Source: Synechococcus sp.
GTDB taxonomy: Bacteria; Cyanobacteriota; Cyanobacteriia; PCC-6307; Cyanobiaceae
Direction of reading: 5' to 3'
Assembly (NCBI GenBank): GCA_047285305.1
Contig: JBJBDL010000003.1
Coordinates: 1,760,001-1,824,000, forward strand
Length of the DNA stretch: 64,000 nt
Position 1 is the stretch's first letter. Every line of letters begins with the position of its first letter. Below the pieces are notes generated by a model that worked only from the letters and a program-made list of their open reading frames with translations, made no database searches and was not told where the DNA came from. The translations under genes and the position numbers were made by a program. Below, one piece after another: positions 30,539 to 41,353 of this stretch.

Positions 30539-32095
30539 TCAGGCCGGCAGGGCCCAGGGGTTCAGGCCGAGGTCGGCCCCAACCCGATGGGCACAGGCAA
30601 ACCCACTGAAGGCAACAGCGTTGAGTCCCTGCCCGGGGAAACAGGAATCACCCACGCAGTAGAGGTTTTTCAATCCCGTGCGGTTGAACGGCATAGGCAG
30701 CAGTCCCGGCAATTGCATCGCCGGAATCGGACCGTAACTGCCCTGAAAGCGACCCAGAAAACGCCGGTGGCTGCGGGGCGTACCGATCTCCTTGTGGGTG
30801 ATGGCATCGGCCAGGCCGGGAAGGATCGACTCCAGGCGCCGGATCAACCGTGCCGCATCCGCCTCCTTTTTTTCGCGGTACTGGCTGGGGGTCAGTCCTT
30901 GCCAGGCCTCCATCGATGAGGGCGTGAAGGTGTGAACGATGTGATGCCCCGCCGGGGCTAGATCCGGATCCAGAAGTGAGGGCATCGACACAAAGATCAC
31001 CCCCTGTTCGTCCTCCATCCGGTTCCAGTCTTCGAGCAGGAGGTGATGGCAGTGGGTGCCGGCCGGAATCAGGTCAGCCCGAACCCCCAGATGCAGCGAC
31101 AGGAACGAGGGGGAAGGCACATAACGCTTGCGCCAGAACTGCTCTTTGCCCGGCGTGTGGGCGGCATCCACCAGGGATTGGCCAGAGCGGCGCTGATCAT
31201 CACCCGCTCCCGAAAAGGTGTCCCAGCGGGTTGCATTGGAGATCACACGCTTGGCGCTGATGACCTCGCCATCGGCCAGCTTCACGCCAACCGCCTGATC
31301 GTTCTCGATCAACACCTCGGTGACTCGGGTCTTGTAGCGAATGGCGCCGCCATGACGCTCCAATCCCTTCACAAGCTTTTCGGCGATCACGCCGACGCCT
31401 CCTTTGGGGTAGTTGATCCCGCCCGCATGCCGATCGGAAAACACCATGCCGGCATTGATCATCGGCGTGCGATCCGCCGGCATCACCGACCAGCAGAAGC
31501 ACTCGATGTCGATGAACTTGAGCAGCTGCTCGTCCTTAATGTGTTCGCGGGCCACCGCACCGACATTGAATGGCAGCCAGCGGGCCAGCCCCAGACAGGC
31601 CAGTGGTGCCTTGAAGAACACCTTGGTGAGGTAAGCCGGATCCTCCAGCGAGAGAAGCGGCATGGCATCGAGACAATTGAACACCTGCCAGCAGGTGTCG
31701 TAGAAGCGGCGGATTCCCTTCGCCTCATGGGGGAACCGCGCCGTGAGATCGGCGATGAACTGCTCGTAGTCACGATCCACGGCGATGCGCAGCCCATCGG
31801 GCATGTGGTATTCGAGCTGGGCGGGGTCGGGGATGGTGTCGCAGTGCTCCCCCACATCAGCTAGGGCCCGGGTGAGCAGGTTGGTGAAACCCTTCTTGCC
31901 GAAGCCGAAGATCATCGAGGCCCCCACATCGAAGGTGTAGCCCTCGCGTTTGAAGGCACCACCACTTCCTCCAGGAATCAGATACCGCTCCAAGACGAGG
32001 GTCTTGGCTCCCTTAGCCGCCAACTGACTGGCGGTGACCAAACCACCAATGCCAGAACCGATCACAACGGCATCCCACTGCTGGTTCTCGCTCAT
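30539..32095 (-). CDS. crtH: Carotenoid isomerase
   Basis: GSGIGG, FDVGASMIFG, FIDIECFCWS, DRHAGGINYP and GDSCFPGQGLNAVAFSG. Confidence 0.93.
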   Translation of the reverse strand: MSENQQWDAVVIGSGIGGLVTASQLAAKGAKTLVLERYLIPGGSGGAFKREGYTFDVGASMIFGFGKKGFTNLLTRALADVGEHCDTIPDPAQLEYHMPDGLRIAVDRDYEQFIADLTARFPHEAKGIRRFYDTCWQVFNCLDAMPLLSLEDPAYLTKVFFKAPLACLGLARWLPFNVGAVAREHIKDEQLLKFIDIECFCWSVMPADRTPMINAGMVFSDRHAGGINYPKGGVGVIAEKLVKGLERHGGAIRYKTRVTEVLIENDQAVGVKLADGEVISAKRVISNATRWDTFSGAGDDQRRSGQSLVDAAHTPGKEQFWRKRYVPSPSFLSLHLGVRADLIPAGTHCHHLLLEDWNRMEDEQGVIFVSMPSLLDPDLAPAGHHIVHTFTPSSMEAWQGLTPSQYREKKEADAARLIRRLESILPGLADAITHKEIGTPRSHRRFLGRFQGSYGPIPAMQLPGLLPMPFNRTGLKNLYCVGDSCFPGQGLNAVAFSGFACAHRVGADLGLNPWALPA

Positions 32096-32118
32096 GGCAT
32101 CGCTTCTTTGAGGTGACG

Positions 32119-33084
32119 CTAAGGGGCCGTCTGCGGCCTTTGATCCTGGCGGTGAATCGGCGGCATCACTGTGAGTATCACCTCAGAGCGCACCGGACGT
32201 CCGAGTTCGGCACTGCAGCGGGCATCGATGTGATGGCGCAACCCATCAATCACCCGACTTTCCTGGGGCTGCAGTGGATTGATATAGACCACGACAAAGG
32301 CCGTGCGACCCAGCTGCTGCACCGTGAAATCCATCATCTGCAGCTGCAGCCCAACCAGCTCCTGCATCAACACCATGCGCGTGCGATGGAGCACATCCGG
32401 GTCGGCGGCACAGCCCGCGGCCTGGGCCATGGCATCCTGCAGCGCCGCCAGCGGTTCGCGCAGCAAGGCCAGGCTCACCGCCAGCACCAGCAGGGCATCG
32501 GTGATTGGTGCAAGGGCAGACAAGGGCGTTGCCAAGAGCAGCGGCGACGCCAGTAGGGCCAGACCAGTGGCCAGGGTGATCACCGCATCGATCCCCGCAT
32601 TGCGGGCCTCTGTGAGCAGCAGCAGCGACACCCGACCCGTGCGGCGCCAATCGCGGCGGTGCCGCCAGGCCAGCAGTCCGCAAAGCGCCGTCATCAAAGC
32701 GGTGTAGAGCGCCACCGGCTCCAGATGCAGCGGAGCAATGCTGTTCCCCCGCCACCAATCAATCAAGGTGGAACAGGAGCTACCGACGCCAAAGCCGATC
32801 ACCCCGAGCAGCACCAAGGAGCGAAACAGCACATACAGGGCTTCCTGGCCTTCATAGCCGTAGGGCCAGGCTCGATCCGGTGGCCGCACCACGTTGCGGC
32901 TGATGCAACTGGCAATCAAGGACGACCCCACCAACACGGCGGAATAAAGGCCGTCCAACAGCAGGGCCAAGGATCCGGTGAGCAAATGGGCTAAAAACCC
33001 AGCCAGGGCCATCACTGCGTTGGCTCCAACCCCGAAGCGCAGGGAGCGCTGTTCGATCCGGCGAGCCTTCGCAGGGTTTGTCAT
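32119..33084 (-). CDS. Cation diffusion facilitator-like transporter
   Basis: [17 protein letters not shown] and six TM-like segments. Confidence 0.8.
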   Translation of the reverse strand: MTNPAKARRIEQRSLRFGVGANAVMALAGFLAHLLTGSLALLLDGLYSAVLVGSSLIASCISRNVVRPPDRAWPYGYEGQEALYVLFRSLVLLGVIGFGVGSSCSTLIDWWRGNSIAPLHLEPVALYTALMTALCGLLAWRHRRDWRRTGRVSLLLLTEARNAGIDAVITLATGLALLASPLLLATPLSALAPITDALLVLAVSLALLREPLAALQDAMAQAAGCAADPDVLHRTRMVLMQELVGLQLQMMDFTVQQLGRTAFVVVYINPLQPQESRVIDGLRHHIDARCSAELGRPVRSEVILTVMPPIHRQDQRPQTAP

Positions 33085-34451
33085 GCCGCCACGGTCTGGG
33101 GTTGGAGAGCCCGCATCGGCTCGAGATCCTGCAGGGCACGATCCCGGTAGGCGCCATAGCGCGCTCGCTTATCGCGAATGCGTTCCGGCAGCTCCGGCAA
33201 CAGACCAAAATTGGGCGGCATCGGCTGGAACTTGGCCGTTGGTGCCTCGCTAACGAAATGGGTGAGGGCTCCACTCATGCAGGTGGCCGGCAGATCAATG
33301 GGCTCCAGGCCCAGGGCCAGCCGGGCCGCATTGGTGCCGGCCAACCAGCCACCGGCTACGGCGGCGGCATAGCCCTCGGTGCCTGTGATCTGGCCTGCTG
33401 CCAGGAGGTTGGGGCGCTGGCGGAACTGCAGGGTGGGCTGCAGAAGCTGCGGCGACTCCAGGAAGGTGTTTCGGTGCATCACCCCAAAGCGCACGAATTC
33501 CGCCTGGCCCAGCCCGGGAATCATCTGCAGAACTCGCTTCTGCTCACCCCATTTGAGGTTCGTCTGGAAACCCACCAGGTTCCAGAGGCGCCCGTCCTTG
33601 TCTTCCTGCCGCAGCTGCACCACCGCGTAGGCGCGCTTGGCCCGGCGCACATCGCGATCGTTCACATCGCCCCAACGGGGATCCCAGAGCCCGATCGGCT
33701 TCAGGGGGCCATAACGCATGGTGTCTTCACCACGACGCGCCAACTCCTCAATCGGCAGGCAACCCTCAAAGAAGGTGGCATCGTTTTTGTCGAAGTCTTT
33801 GAGTTCTGACTGTTCCGCCTCCAGCAGGGCCTGGCGGAACGCCAGATACTGCTCACTGTCCATCGGACAGTTGATGTAGTCCGCATCCCCCTTGTCGTAG
33901 CGGCTGGCGCGGAAGGCCACCGACAGATCGATGCTGTCCCCATGCACGATCGGACTGGCCGCATCAAAGAAGTGGCAGTCGGCACGGCCCGTGAACTGGC
34001 GCAGATCCTCCGCCAACGGTTCACTCGTTAGAGGCCCCGTCGCCAGAACGGTGATCGCATTCTGCGGCGGTAGGGCCTGCTGCTCGCGCCGTTCAATCGT
34101 GACCAGAGGATGCTGGTCGAGAGCCTCGGTGAGGGCAGAGCTGTAGCGACCGCGATCAACGGCCAAGGCTCCGCCGGCCGGCACAGCGTGGGTGTCGGCC
34201 GTGCCGATCACCAAAGAGCCAAGCCTGCGCAGCTCCTCCTGCAATAAGCCAGCAGCACGGTCGCTGCTCAGAGCGCCAAAGCTGTTGCTACACACCAATT
34301 CAGCGAAGTCACTGCTGTGGTGTGCAGGGGAGCGTCGAATCGGACGCATCTCAACCAGTGTGACCGCAACCCCTGCACGGGCGACCTGCCAAGCAGCCTC
34401 AGTGCCGGCAAGACCGGCACCAAGAACGGTGACATGGGGAGATTGAGACAA
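33081..34451 (-). CDS. trmFO: Folate/FAD-dependent tRNA m5U54 methyltransferase
   Basis: [33 protein letters not shown] and GQITGTEGY. Confidence 0.97.
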   Translation of the reverse strand: MSQSPHVTVLGAGLAGTEAAWQVARAGVAVTLVEMRPIRRSPAHHSSDFAELVCSNSFGALSSDRAAGLLQEELRRLGSLVIGTADTHAVPAGGALAVDRGRYSSALTEALDQHPLVTIERREQQALPPQNAITVLATGPLTSEPLAEDLRQFTGRADCHFFDAASPIVHGDSIDLSVAFRASRYDKGDADYINCPMDSEQYLAFRQALLEAEQSELKDFDKNDATFFEGCLPIEELARRGEDTMRYGPLKPIGLWDPRWGDVNDRDVRRAKRAYAVVQLRQEDKDGRLWNLVGFQTNLKWGEQKRVLQMIPGLGQAEFVRFGVMHRNTFLESPQLLQPTLQFRQRPNLLAAGQITGTEGYAAAVAGGWLAGTNAARLALGLEPIDLPATCMSGALTHFVSEAPTAKFQPMPPNFGLLPELPERIRDKRARYGAYRDRALQDLEPMRALQPQTVAA

Positions 34452-34498
34452 CCGGCTGCATCAAGCAGCCTTCAGCCTACGAAGCTCGCTTGCCTGGA

Positions 34499-34711
34499 TC
34501 AGGCGCGGCTGCGCTTGAGCATCAGCTGCAGCTGGCCCACAGCCGCACGGCCGATATTGAAAGCAGCCCAGCTGACGGCGGCCAGGATCGGGGCAACCAC
34601 AAGGAACAGGCGGGCATCGATACCCAGAACCTGGCCCGTGGTGATCACGCTGAAGGCCGAGTAACCGACGATCACCAGGATGAGGACCAGACCGATGGCA
34701 ACTCGGACCAT
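34499..34711 (-). CDS. psbY: Photosystem II protein Y with an N-terminal extension
   Basis: C-terminal 40 aa DARLFLVVAPILAAVSWAAFNIGRAAVGQLQLM is the PsbY signature. Confidence 0.82.
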   Translation of the reverse strand: MVRVAIGLVLILVIVGYSAFSVITTGQVLGIDARLFLVVAPILAAVSWAAFNIGRAAVGQLQLMLKRSRA

Positions 34712-34814
34712 TCTTGAAAACGGAAATCTGTGTGGCAGATCTTACGGACATCTCCGTTGATCCCACGACCTTCCTTGAAAGCTGATCGAATTCGCAGCAA
34801 TCAGAGGAATGCGT

Positions 34815-35327
34815 TCAAGGCCTGATCTGGGCGTGGGATGCCGCCAATTGCGCGTAGCGCCGGGCGTGGCAACGCTGTTCATCAATCGCCTCAGGCGACA
34901 ACTCCCGCTTCACCGCCGCTGGCATGCCCATCACCAGGGTTCCGGGAGGCACATCCCTGGTGACAACAGATCCAGCAGCCACCAGGGCGCCTGCACCGAC
35001 GGTGACGCCATTGAGAACGATTGCACCAATTCCCACCAGGCATCCATCCTCGAGCGTGGCGCCATGGATGACAGCCCTGTGCCCCACGGTGACGTCGGCA
35101 CCGAGGCGAACCGGCTGTCCCGGATCGCCATGGAGCACGGCACCGTCTTGAACATTGCTGCCTGCTCCGATGCTGATCTGCTCGAGATCACCGCGCGCAA
35201 CGGCCGTGGGCCAGAGGCTGCTGCCCGCTGCCATCTGCACATTGCCAATCACGACGGCGGATTCAGCAACCCAGGCGTTGGCATCGATCAGGGGATTGGG
35301 CCAGGGCTTGGAGCCAGTCATGGCCAT
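34815..35327 (-). CDS. Gamma carbonic anhydrase family hexapeptide-repeat protein
   Basis: [20 protein letters not shown] and [11 protein letters not shown]. Confidence 0.9.
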   Translation of the reverse strand: MAMTGSKPWPNPLIDANAWVAESAVVIGNVQMAAGSSLWPTAVARGDLEQISIGAGSNVQDGAVLHGDPGQPVRLGADVTVGHRAVIHGATLEDGCLVGIGAIVLNGVTVGAGALVAAGSVVTRDVPPGTLVMGMPAAVKRELSPEAIDEQRCHARRYAQLAASHAQIRP

Positions 35328-35406
35328 GGTTCAGCAGCCACCAGTCTCCCCGGCGACCTGAGTGATAACCTCATTTGGTGCCGAAATGGCATGCCCAAGC
35401 GGGCAC

Positions 35407-35478
35407 GGGTCGCTAGCTCAGCGGTAGAGCATCCGGCTTTTAACCGGCTGGTCCTGAGTTCGAATCTCAGGCGACCCA
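35407..35478 (+). tRNA. tRNA-Lys(UUU)
   Basis: Acceptor GGGTCGC/GCGACCC, D arm AGCTCAGCGGTAGAGC, anticodon loop CTTTTAA and T loop TTCGAAT. Confidence 0.97.
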
Positions 35479-35571
35479 TATCTTCGATTGATGTCGTCTC
35501 ATGACTCAACCGAGCCGACGACCGAGCGGCTGTTAGAAAACCCTGAATCTCTGATCAGGCCAACAGTTCAG

Positions 35572-35664
35572 ATGGCGTATTTCGCATTTTTTGGCGTCAC
35601 GATTCTTCTGGCATTGCTGGGTGGTTTGTTTTCTCGAGTGGCTGCAGAGCGCTATTGGATGTGA
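35572..35664 (+). CDS. 30-aa single-TM microprotein candidate
   Basis: MAYFAFFGVTILLALLGGLFSRVAAERYWM*. Confidence 0.4.
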   Translation: MAYFAFFGVTILLALLGGLFSRVAAERYWM

Positions 35665-35688
35665 TCGGCGGCAGACGCTTCAGCGAAC

Positions 35689-36840
35689 GTGGGTGAGGTT
35701 GATCTCGCCGTTATCGGTGCAGGACTGGCTGGCTGCAGCCTGATTGGCCGGCTCCAGCAGCTGGGATCTGATCTCAACATCGCTGTGATTGAGGCCGGCC
35801 GGGGTGCAGGTGGACGCACGGCCACCCGCAGGAGACGCGACCAAGATGGCTGGCTGCTCAACCATGGAGCACCGGGCTTAGCCCTCAGTGAATCCATGCC
35901 GGGGGAAATGAACGCGCTGCTGGAGCCGTTGCGGGCAGCGAATGTTCTTCAGCGGGACGAGCGAGCTGTGCTATGGCTTGACGCCCATGCAGGTTTATCA
36001 CCCGCCAACAGCCCCGACGCCTGGCCAAATGGTGGCTGGTGGCATGGTGTTCCCAGCATGGCCAGCATCTGCGAGGCGCTGCTCGATAGTGCTGGCTCTG
36101 CGCAACTGAGCCGCCAGTTCGAAACGCGTGTGCGCTGGTTGGAGCGACGCCGGGACCATTGGCTGCTGAAGGACGAGAATCGAACCTGGAGCCTCAGGGC
36201 CAAGCGCCTTGTGCTCAGTGGAACCCTGCTGGCCCATCCCCGCTCACTGAAGATGCTGGCCTGGGATGACGTTCCCCTGCGCACAGCCGTTGCAGAAGGC
36301 GTGGATGACGACCTCGACCGGGCACTGCGCCTGCTGCAAGACAGCCAAGCCGAGGTGCGCTGGAACCTGATGGTGGATCTGGGTGTGCTCGCGCTCAACG
36401 CTGAGGAGATGCCTGCTCAGATCTGGTTGAACGACGCCGCCAAGGAGCGCTGGAAGGTGGAACGCCTCGTGCTGCAGCAGCAAAGGGATGGTCGCTGGGG
36501 GCTTGTGGTGCATGGCTTGGATTCCGAGCAAGCAATCACGCCTGAAAGCCAGGGGCACCTGCTGGCTCAGGAGCAACAGCGTCTGTTGGAGCTGTTGCCC
36601 GACCTGCTGCAAGCCCTACCTGTTGTTTCAGCTGCGTTGAACCAGGCGACGCCGTTAGGTGTGATGCGCTGGGGCGCCTCACGGCCCCTCAACAACCCCT
36701 TGCCACAAGAGCTGCAGTGGTGCCCCACCAGCGCCGTGGGGTTCTGTGGCGACTGGATCGCAGGGCCTGGCTTCGGCAGAGCGGAGGGAGCGATCAGCAG
36801 CGGCGTCAACCTCGCTGAACAGCTGCACGCTGACCGCTAA
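35689..36840 (+). CDS. NAD/FAD-dependent oxidoreductase (renalase-like)
   Basis: VIGAGLAG, GGRTATRR, NHGAP, CGDW and GRAEGAISSG. Confidence 0.88.
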   Translation: MGEVDLAVIGAGLAGCSLIGRLQQLGSDLNIAVIEAGRGAGGRTATRRRRDQDGWLLNHGAPGLALSESMPGEMNALLEPLRAANVLQRDERAVLWLDAHAGLSPANSPDAWPNGGWWHGVPSMASICEALLDSAGSAQLSRQFETRVRWLERRRDHWLLKDENRTWSLRAKRLVLSGTLLAHPRSLKMLAWDDVPLRTAVAEGVDDDLDRALRLLQDSQAEVRWNLMVDLGVLALNAEEMPAQIWLNDAAKERWKVERLVLQQQRDGRWGLVVHGLDSEQAITPESQGHLLAQEQQRLLELLPDLLQALPVVSAALNQATPLGVMRWGASRPLNNPLPQELQWCPTSAVGFCGDWIAGPGFGRAEGAISSGVNLAEQLHADR

Positions 36841-36853
36841 TCTCTGTATGCGC

Positions 36854-36927
36854 CGGGGAGTGGCGCAGTTTGGTAGCGCGCTTGCTTTGGGAGCAAGATG
36901 CCGCAGGTTCGAATCCTGTCTCCCCGA
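36854..36927 (+). tRNA. tRNA-Pro(UGG)
   Basis: Acceptor CGGGGAG/CTCCCCG, anticodon arm CTTGC-TTTGGGA-GCAAG and T arm GCAGG-TTCGAAT-CCTGT. Confidence 0.97.
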
Positions 36928-36959
36928 TGCGATCAGAAACCAGTCCCCAGCTGGTGTTT

Positions 36960-36987
36960 AAACCGTTCCGCAAGGGGCGGTTTTTTT
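36960..36987 (+). terminator. Intrinsic terminator after tRNA-Pro
   Basis: aaccgttcc-GCAA-ggggcggtt followed by a T run. Confidence 0.8.
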
Positions 36988-37269
36988 ATTGCTCTCCCTC
37001 CACAAGCAAGCTGCTTGAAGGGGCTTCTCACTCCGCGGTGGCGCCAGAAATCCCAAGGTCCCCAGCCTCTTCCAGGTCGCAGACATGGACATCGGCGTTA
37101 TCAACTGGATCAACGTTGACCTGGTCACCCAGATCGCTACAAGGGTCTGAATTGAAATTCCGCCTGTTAAGCCATCCAAGGATTTGTAAAAAGCCGAAAA
37201 CCTTGTCCCAATTCGCCTAGTCGGAAATCATTTTGTTGCCTATCTGTTGGATTAGCAGAGATCAAGAAC

Positions 37270-37446
37270 ATGAAAGGAACCAAGACCAGACTCACCACCG
37301 CTCCAGAGGGTTTCGAGTACTACAGGGTGTGCGACCAAGAAGGTGTCTGCCAAATCGTCAGAGGCATGTGGGCAGCACAGCACCTCACAGAAGACATACG
37401 TGAGCTGAGCGCGACCAAGACAAAGTATTCAGATGATTGGGTTTAG
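37270..37446 (+). CDS. Small protein with a VCDxxxxC motif
   Basis: MKGTKTRLTTAPEGFEYYRVCDQEGVCQIVRGMWAAQHL...DDWV*, 58 aa, below the ORF-track cutoff. Confidence 0.55.
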   Translation: MKGTKTRLTTAPEGFEYYRVCDQEGVCQIVRGMWAAQHLTEDIRELSATKTKYSDDWV

Positions 37447-37672
37447 GGCTCTGGATTCCACCCGTTTGTCCCCATAGAAGGGCGTTGGCACACGCCAAAA
37501 AAGAAGAAATTGAACAAGTCGAAAGAGCACTGGCAGCTCTGACGACTACCGAGGCAAGGCCCTGAACTGGTCGACAGGGCTTGCATCTTCGTGATGAAGA
37601 GATCCCTGGTGCCGTGACTCTCCAGAGTTTTTTCTTGCTCATGCCAGCAATGAAACCCGCGCCGTTGGTGGC

Positions 37673-37783
37673 TCAGATGATCTCTTTACGGCCAGCATTG
37701 ATCTTGGCTTTGGCTGAAACAAGACCAAAAATCAGCAGGATCAGAAGGCCCGCGTTCACGCCAACGAAAAACATTGTGTTCAT
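37673..37783 (-). CDS. 36-aa single-TM microprotein candidate
   Basis: MNTMFFVGVNAGLLILLIFGLVSAKAKINAGRKEII*. Confidence 0.45.
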   Translation of the reverse strand: MNTMFFVGVNAGLLILLIFGLVSAKAKINAGRKEII

Positions 37784-38207
37784 GACTTCAAGATGGCTTT
37801 GCGCGTAATAAGGGAAGAGAGCAAAACAGCCCATCGGTCAAAAGACTCATTCACCCCCGAAGAAAGATGAAGCATTGGACTGAACTTGGGAGATCTGACG
37901 AGAACAGCTAAAACTGCCATTCGCCATTGCCATCGCCATCAGCGCAGTTCTTCCCCTGCAGCTGTTGCAGACGCGCCAACAGCTCTGGATCACCCACAAT
38001 CTGCCGGCGGCATCCGTCTTCACCCATGTAAGTCAGATGCCCATCGGCATCGATGACCAGGGCGGTCATGGGGGTGACTGGAAACGTCTCGTCGATGGCG
38101 ATGCGCTCCTCGTTCAGTTCTACCCAGTCTGCGTCCTCTCAGCGCACAAGCCCTAACCCATGACCTAACCAGACAGGGATGGCCTTCCGCCAGGGCAGCT
38201 TTCCTCT

Positions 38208-38405
38208 ATGAAGGGTGCGATGGACTGGAACCTTTCCAAACTCGTGACTGATCAACAAGGCAAAGACAGGGCCTACTGGATTGATGAGATCGCCTTCCTG
38301 GAGGCACGCCTAAACGGCAGTCAGGGTGACATCGACAGCGAAGACCGAGCTGCTTGCGAGGAAGCCCTGAAAGCGGCGAAAGCGAACTTGGCAGCCTCTA
38401 GGTGA
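38208..38405 (+). CDS. Small hypothetical protein
   Basis: YWIDEIAFLEARLNGSQGDIDSEDRAACEEALK, helical and protein-like. Confidence 0.65.
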   Translation: MKGAMDWNLSKLVTDQQGKDRAYWIDEIAFLEARLNGSQGDIDSEDRAACEEALKAAKANLAASR

Positions 38406-38448
38406 ACACGGGGCTGACGGAGGCCCAAGCCACAACTAGGGTTTGGAA

Positions 38449-38522
38449 GTGAGAGGGAGACCTCTTCGGGCGTGGTTGCTTGATTTGGTGGGTGGTTTCA
38501 CGACCTACTGCCTCTCTCACAC
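38449..38522 (+). ncRNA. Candidate structured sRNA
   Basis: TAGGGT -10-like box 6 nt upstream, GAGA-tetraloop hairpin, and complementary 5'/3' ends. Confidence 0.4.
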
Positions 38523-38529
38523 CTCTTGG

Positions 38530-38754
38530 TCAAGGCCGAACCAGGCCCCTTTCCTTGGCATAACTCTTGTAGTGATTAGGAAATTCATCGGCCAGCCGAG
38601 CAAGTACATCACTTGACGAGTCCATTTGCTCGTTAACTTCATCAAAAACCGAGGCAAAACAGCTCTCACACCTGATTTCAAGACAAAGCTCTTCCCAAGT
38701 CGTTCCTCGTTGATTGAAACTGGCCACGAGCTCTTTAAAGGTCACGCGTAACAA
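38530..38754 (-). CDS. Small hypothetical protein (start possibly GTG 38745)
   Basis: WEELCLEIRCESCFASVFDEV...LADEFP. Confidence 0.65.
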   Translation of the reverse strand: MLRVTFKELVASFNQRGTTWEELCLEIRCESCFASVFDEVNEQMDSSSDVLARLADEFPNHYKSYAKERGLVRP

Positions 38755-38868
38755 ACTGTTCTGTTTCGCAAAAGCTTAGAGGCAATGGCATTAACCAATT
38801 TGATTCCAAATGAAATCAGGATTGCCATGGCCTGATGGCTCAAGGCTTTGATGAGCCAATATTGAAGG

Positions 38869-38994
38869 ATGAAACGATTGCTGCAACTGCTTCGGCGATG
38901 GGCTGGCCAACGGGTGAAACCTCCGTTGCATACACCCGAAGAGTTGGAGTGCTTTAAAACAGATGCGATCGACAATCGCGGCAAGCATTACTGA
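38869..38994 (+). CDS. 41-aa hypothetical protein
   Basis: MKRLLQLLRRWAGQ...RGKHY*. Stop overlaps the next ATG (TGATG). Confidence 0.4.
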   Translation: MKRLLQLLRRWAGQRVKPPLHTPEELECFKTDAIDNRGKHY

Positions 38995-39173
38995 TGCAGG
39001 GGGCAACTGAACTTGCACTACTCGCCCTGGCGTTTGTCGGACTCCAGCTCTGGTGGCTCAGCAAGGTCTTTTTGAATCGACCCCGACAGCCAAGGCCGCT
39101 GGGCAAACCCATTAGGGCGAATTCGCTTCAAAACGAGCGAACTGCCCTACAAAAAATTTTTGATCAATCCTGA
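38994..39173 (+). CDS. 59-aa single-TM hypothetical protein
   Basis: MQGATELALLALAFVGLQLWWLSKVF...LQKIFDQS*. Confidence 0.55.
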   Translation: MQGATELALLALAFVGLQLWWLSKVFLNRPRQPRPLGKPIRANSLQNERTALQKIFDQS

Positions 39174-40003
39174 TCACCGCCAACCCTTGGGATCGAACTA
39201 GGGACAAACACCGATGCCTGATGCAATCTGAACAATCAGCGTGGTGCATCAGAAACAACAGCCATGGCACTGATTTGTTGTGCGCACTGTGGTCACATGC
39301 ACTCGAGCCTGAGGGGGGACTGCCCCCGGTGCCATAAGCAAAGGCGTCTATGGACTCCCCAGGCATTGTCAGAGCGGATCAAGCCAACGCCGATCAACAC
39401 CAAGGAGTAACCATCATGGCCTTTGAAGCCCCCCCAGCAGAGGGACGTCAGTGCATCAGCTGCGGTGACATCAAACCTCTTAATTTCTATGGTTGAGATC
39501 AACAGGAGTGCCGGAACTGTGAATCAAGATGACGCCAACAGGCAATCAAACAAAACGCCAATAATTCAGTCGAGGAGGCCTGAATCAAACCGAGCCTCAA
39601 TAAGCATATACACCAATGTTCAATTGATATCCATGGGCTATCACATGGGTAGCTTTGCAAAGAGGTGTCATGGGCAAGGTTCTTTCAGCAGCAAAGTGGT
39701 CGTTCGAACTACTTGGCCAACGCATCACTGCACTTCGTCTTAAAAAGAGCTTTTCAGAATCAAGGATTTACAGCGACCTTGCTTATGACGAATCACAGAT
39801 GAAAGAGGCCGATTTTGGAAAGCGCGAGCAGAAATCGCATCTCGAATACGATTGCTGAAGCCACAAGCTGATTCATCAGAACCAAAGACAGCGGATTAAC
39901 AGGCATCTAACCAAGGAATTCAATGGCGAACTGACCAGCCTGAGAGGAAGGTTGGCAATTTGAGTCCAAGTCCCCTAAAACGCTGTTCAGCATCGTTGTT
40001 GTG

Positions 40004-40180
40004 ATGGCCTTGATTCCCCGCTGGCAGTACATGACTGACAGCAGCCAAGCCATGGTGAAGCGATCTGCGATCACACTTGTGGTCGTCCTGATTGGATTAA
40101 CACTGCTGCGCGCAATCTTTCCCTGGATCCTGCTTGGCCTTGCCCTCTATGGTGCCTGGTGCCTGTTGAACCGAAAATAA
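40004..40180 (+). CDS. 58-aa two-TM hypothetical protein
   Basis: MALIPRWQYMTDSSQAMVKRSAITLVVVLIGLTLLRAIFPWILLGLALYGAWCLLNRK*. Confidence 0.65.
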   Translation: MALIPRWQYMTDSSQAMVKRSAITLVVVLIGLTLLRAIFPWILLGLALYGAWCLLNRK

Positions 40181-40183
40181 CCG

Positions 40184-40330
40184 ATGAGCGAAGACTCAAC
40201 TCAAACTCGTCAAACGCTGTATCTCTGGGCCCTTGGCCTCAACGTTGTGGCTTGGGGCGGGTACCTCGTTCTAACCAAAGTGATGGGAATCGATTTTGAA
40301 TCGATTCGGCAAGCCAGATTGGCTGGTTAA
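40184..40330 (+). CDS. 48-aa single-TM hypothetical protein
   Basis: MSEDSTQTRQTLYLWALGLNVVAWGGYLVLTKVMGIDF...*, starting 3 nt after the previous stop. Confidence 0.55.
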   Translation: MSEDSTQTRQTLYLWALGLNVVAWGGYLVLTKVMGIDFESIRQARLAG

Positions 40331-40764
40331 CACTGATTTCCTTGAACAAGGGCGCTGTCCTGAAAAACGGCGCTAAGCGATAGAAAACAATTCGCGCAGT
40401 AAAGCAACGCAAGGCATATGCGTGCAGATGTACAGCTGACCTGATCCAGCCACAGCGGACTTGATCCACGGGGCACCAAAGGTATAAATCGTTCGGTGCA
40501 GACAAAAAACCGCTCCATCCCTGGAGCGGCTTAATAGCCAAGGCAATCCCCATCACCCGGCGATCTGCACCAATCTTTGATGCAATGAAAAAATAATACT
40601 CACCAAACACCAGGTGTAGTGGACGTCAACACTCACTTAAGACTCTGGTGAACATGCGTGAAGAGGCCAAACCATACAACAGCAGCAGTGCATCTGCTAA
40701 CAGGGAGCCTGCTTTTGGGAGACACTAAATCTGGAGCAGGAGGTCCAAACCACTCGGAATTGCG

Positions 40765-40968
40765 ATGCTTCATGCTGAAGACATTCTTAAAGGAGAAGCC
40801 ATGATTTCTGGCCCATCCTGCCCATTGCGGTTGGGAGTTCTCGACTGTCCCGACTATTGGACTGACGACGCACTCATGTCTGCAGTTCGTTCATTGAATC
40901 CAGAGGAACTTCACCACCTGGCCGTTGGATCTCAACAACGAAGGAAACAACAACGCGGTCCTCGCTAA
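40765..40968 (+). CDS. Small hypothetical protein
   Basis: 67-aa ORF with an AGGAGG motif upstream and an AAGGAG before an internal ATG at 40801. Confidence 0.45.
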   Translation: MLHAEDILKGEAMISGPSCPLRLGVLDCPDYWTDDALMSAVRSLNPEELHHLAVGSQQRRKQQRGPR

Positions 40969-40978
40969 ACCCATAAAT

Positions 40979-41209
40979 TCAATTCCGGCGGCTGAACGCA
41001 ACCAGGAGTTGATGAAGCGGCGCGAACAGCTTGTCGACCCAGGTGCCTGAGCGTCGACCAGCAGGCCGCTGCAACGCCGAGGCATGCAACATCGGCCCGT
41101 TGGAGCCATACCCCTCAAAGGCAATCAAGGCGTCTTGGGCTCCCTGCAGCTCCTGGTCGATTCGACGGGAGGAGAAGCGGCTGTGGGCTCGGCTTCGCGA
41201 CGTTGACAT
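40979..41209 (-). CDS. Small hypothetical protein
   Basis: 76-aa ORF from MSTSRS, divergent from hli. Confidence 0.45.
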   Translation of the reverse strand: MSTSRSRAHSRFSSRRIDQELQGAQDALIAFEGYGSNGPMLHASALQRPAGRRSGTWVDKLFAPLHQLLVAFSRRN

Positions 41210-41303
41210 GGCTGGAGCGAATGCATCTACATCTGTTCTGGCTACGGACCGAGCTGCTTGACAGCCGTTGGTGACGCTTCTTAGGGAGCCGAAGCGCAAC
41301 CCA

Positions 41304-41321
41304 TTTACAAATCGTTACGTG
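41304..41321 (+). promoter_or_regulatory. HLR1-like (RpaB) direct repeat upstream of hli
   Basis: TTTACAAA-tc-GTTACGTG against the consensus KTTACAWW-N2-KTTACAWW. TAGCAT -10-like box at 41327. Confidence 0.55.
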
Positions 41322-41353
41322 GGCCTTAGCATTTCGTAACTGCTCAACAAGCG

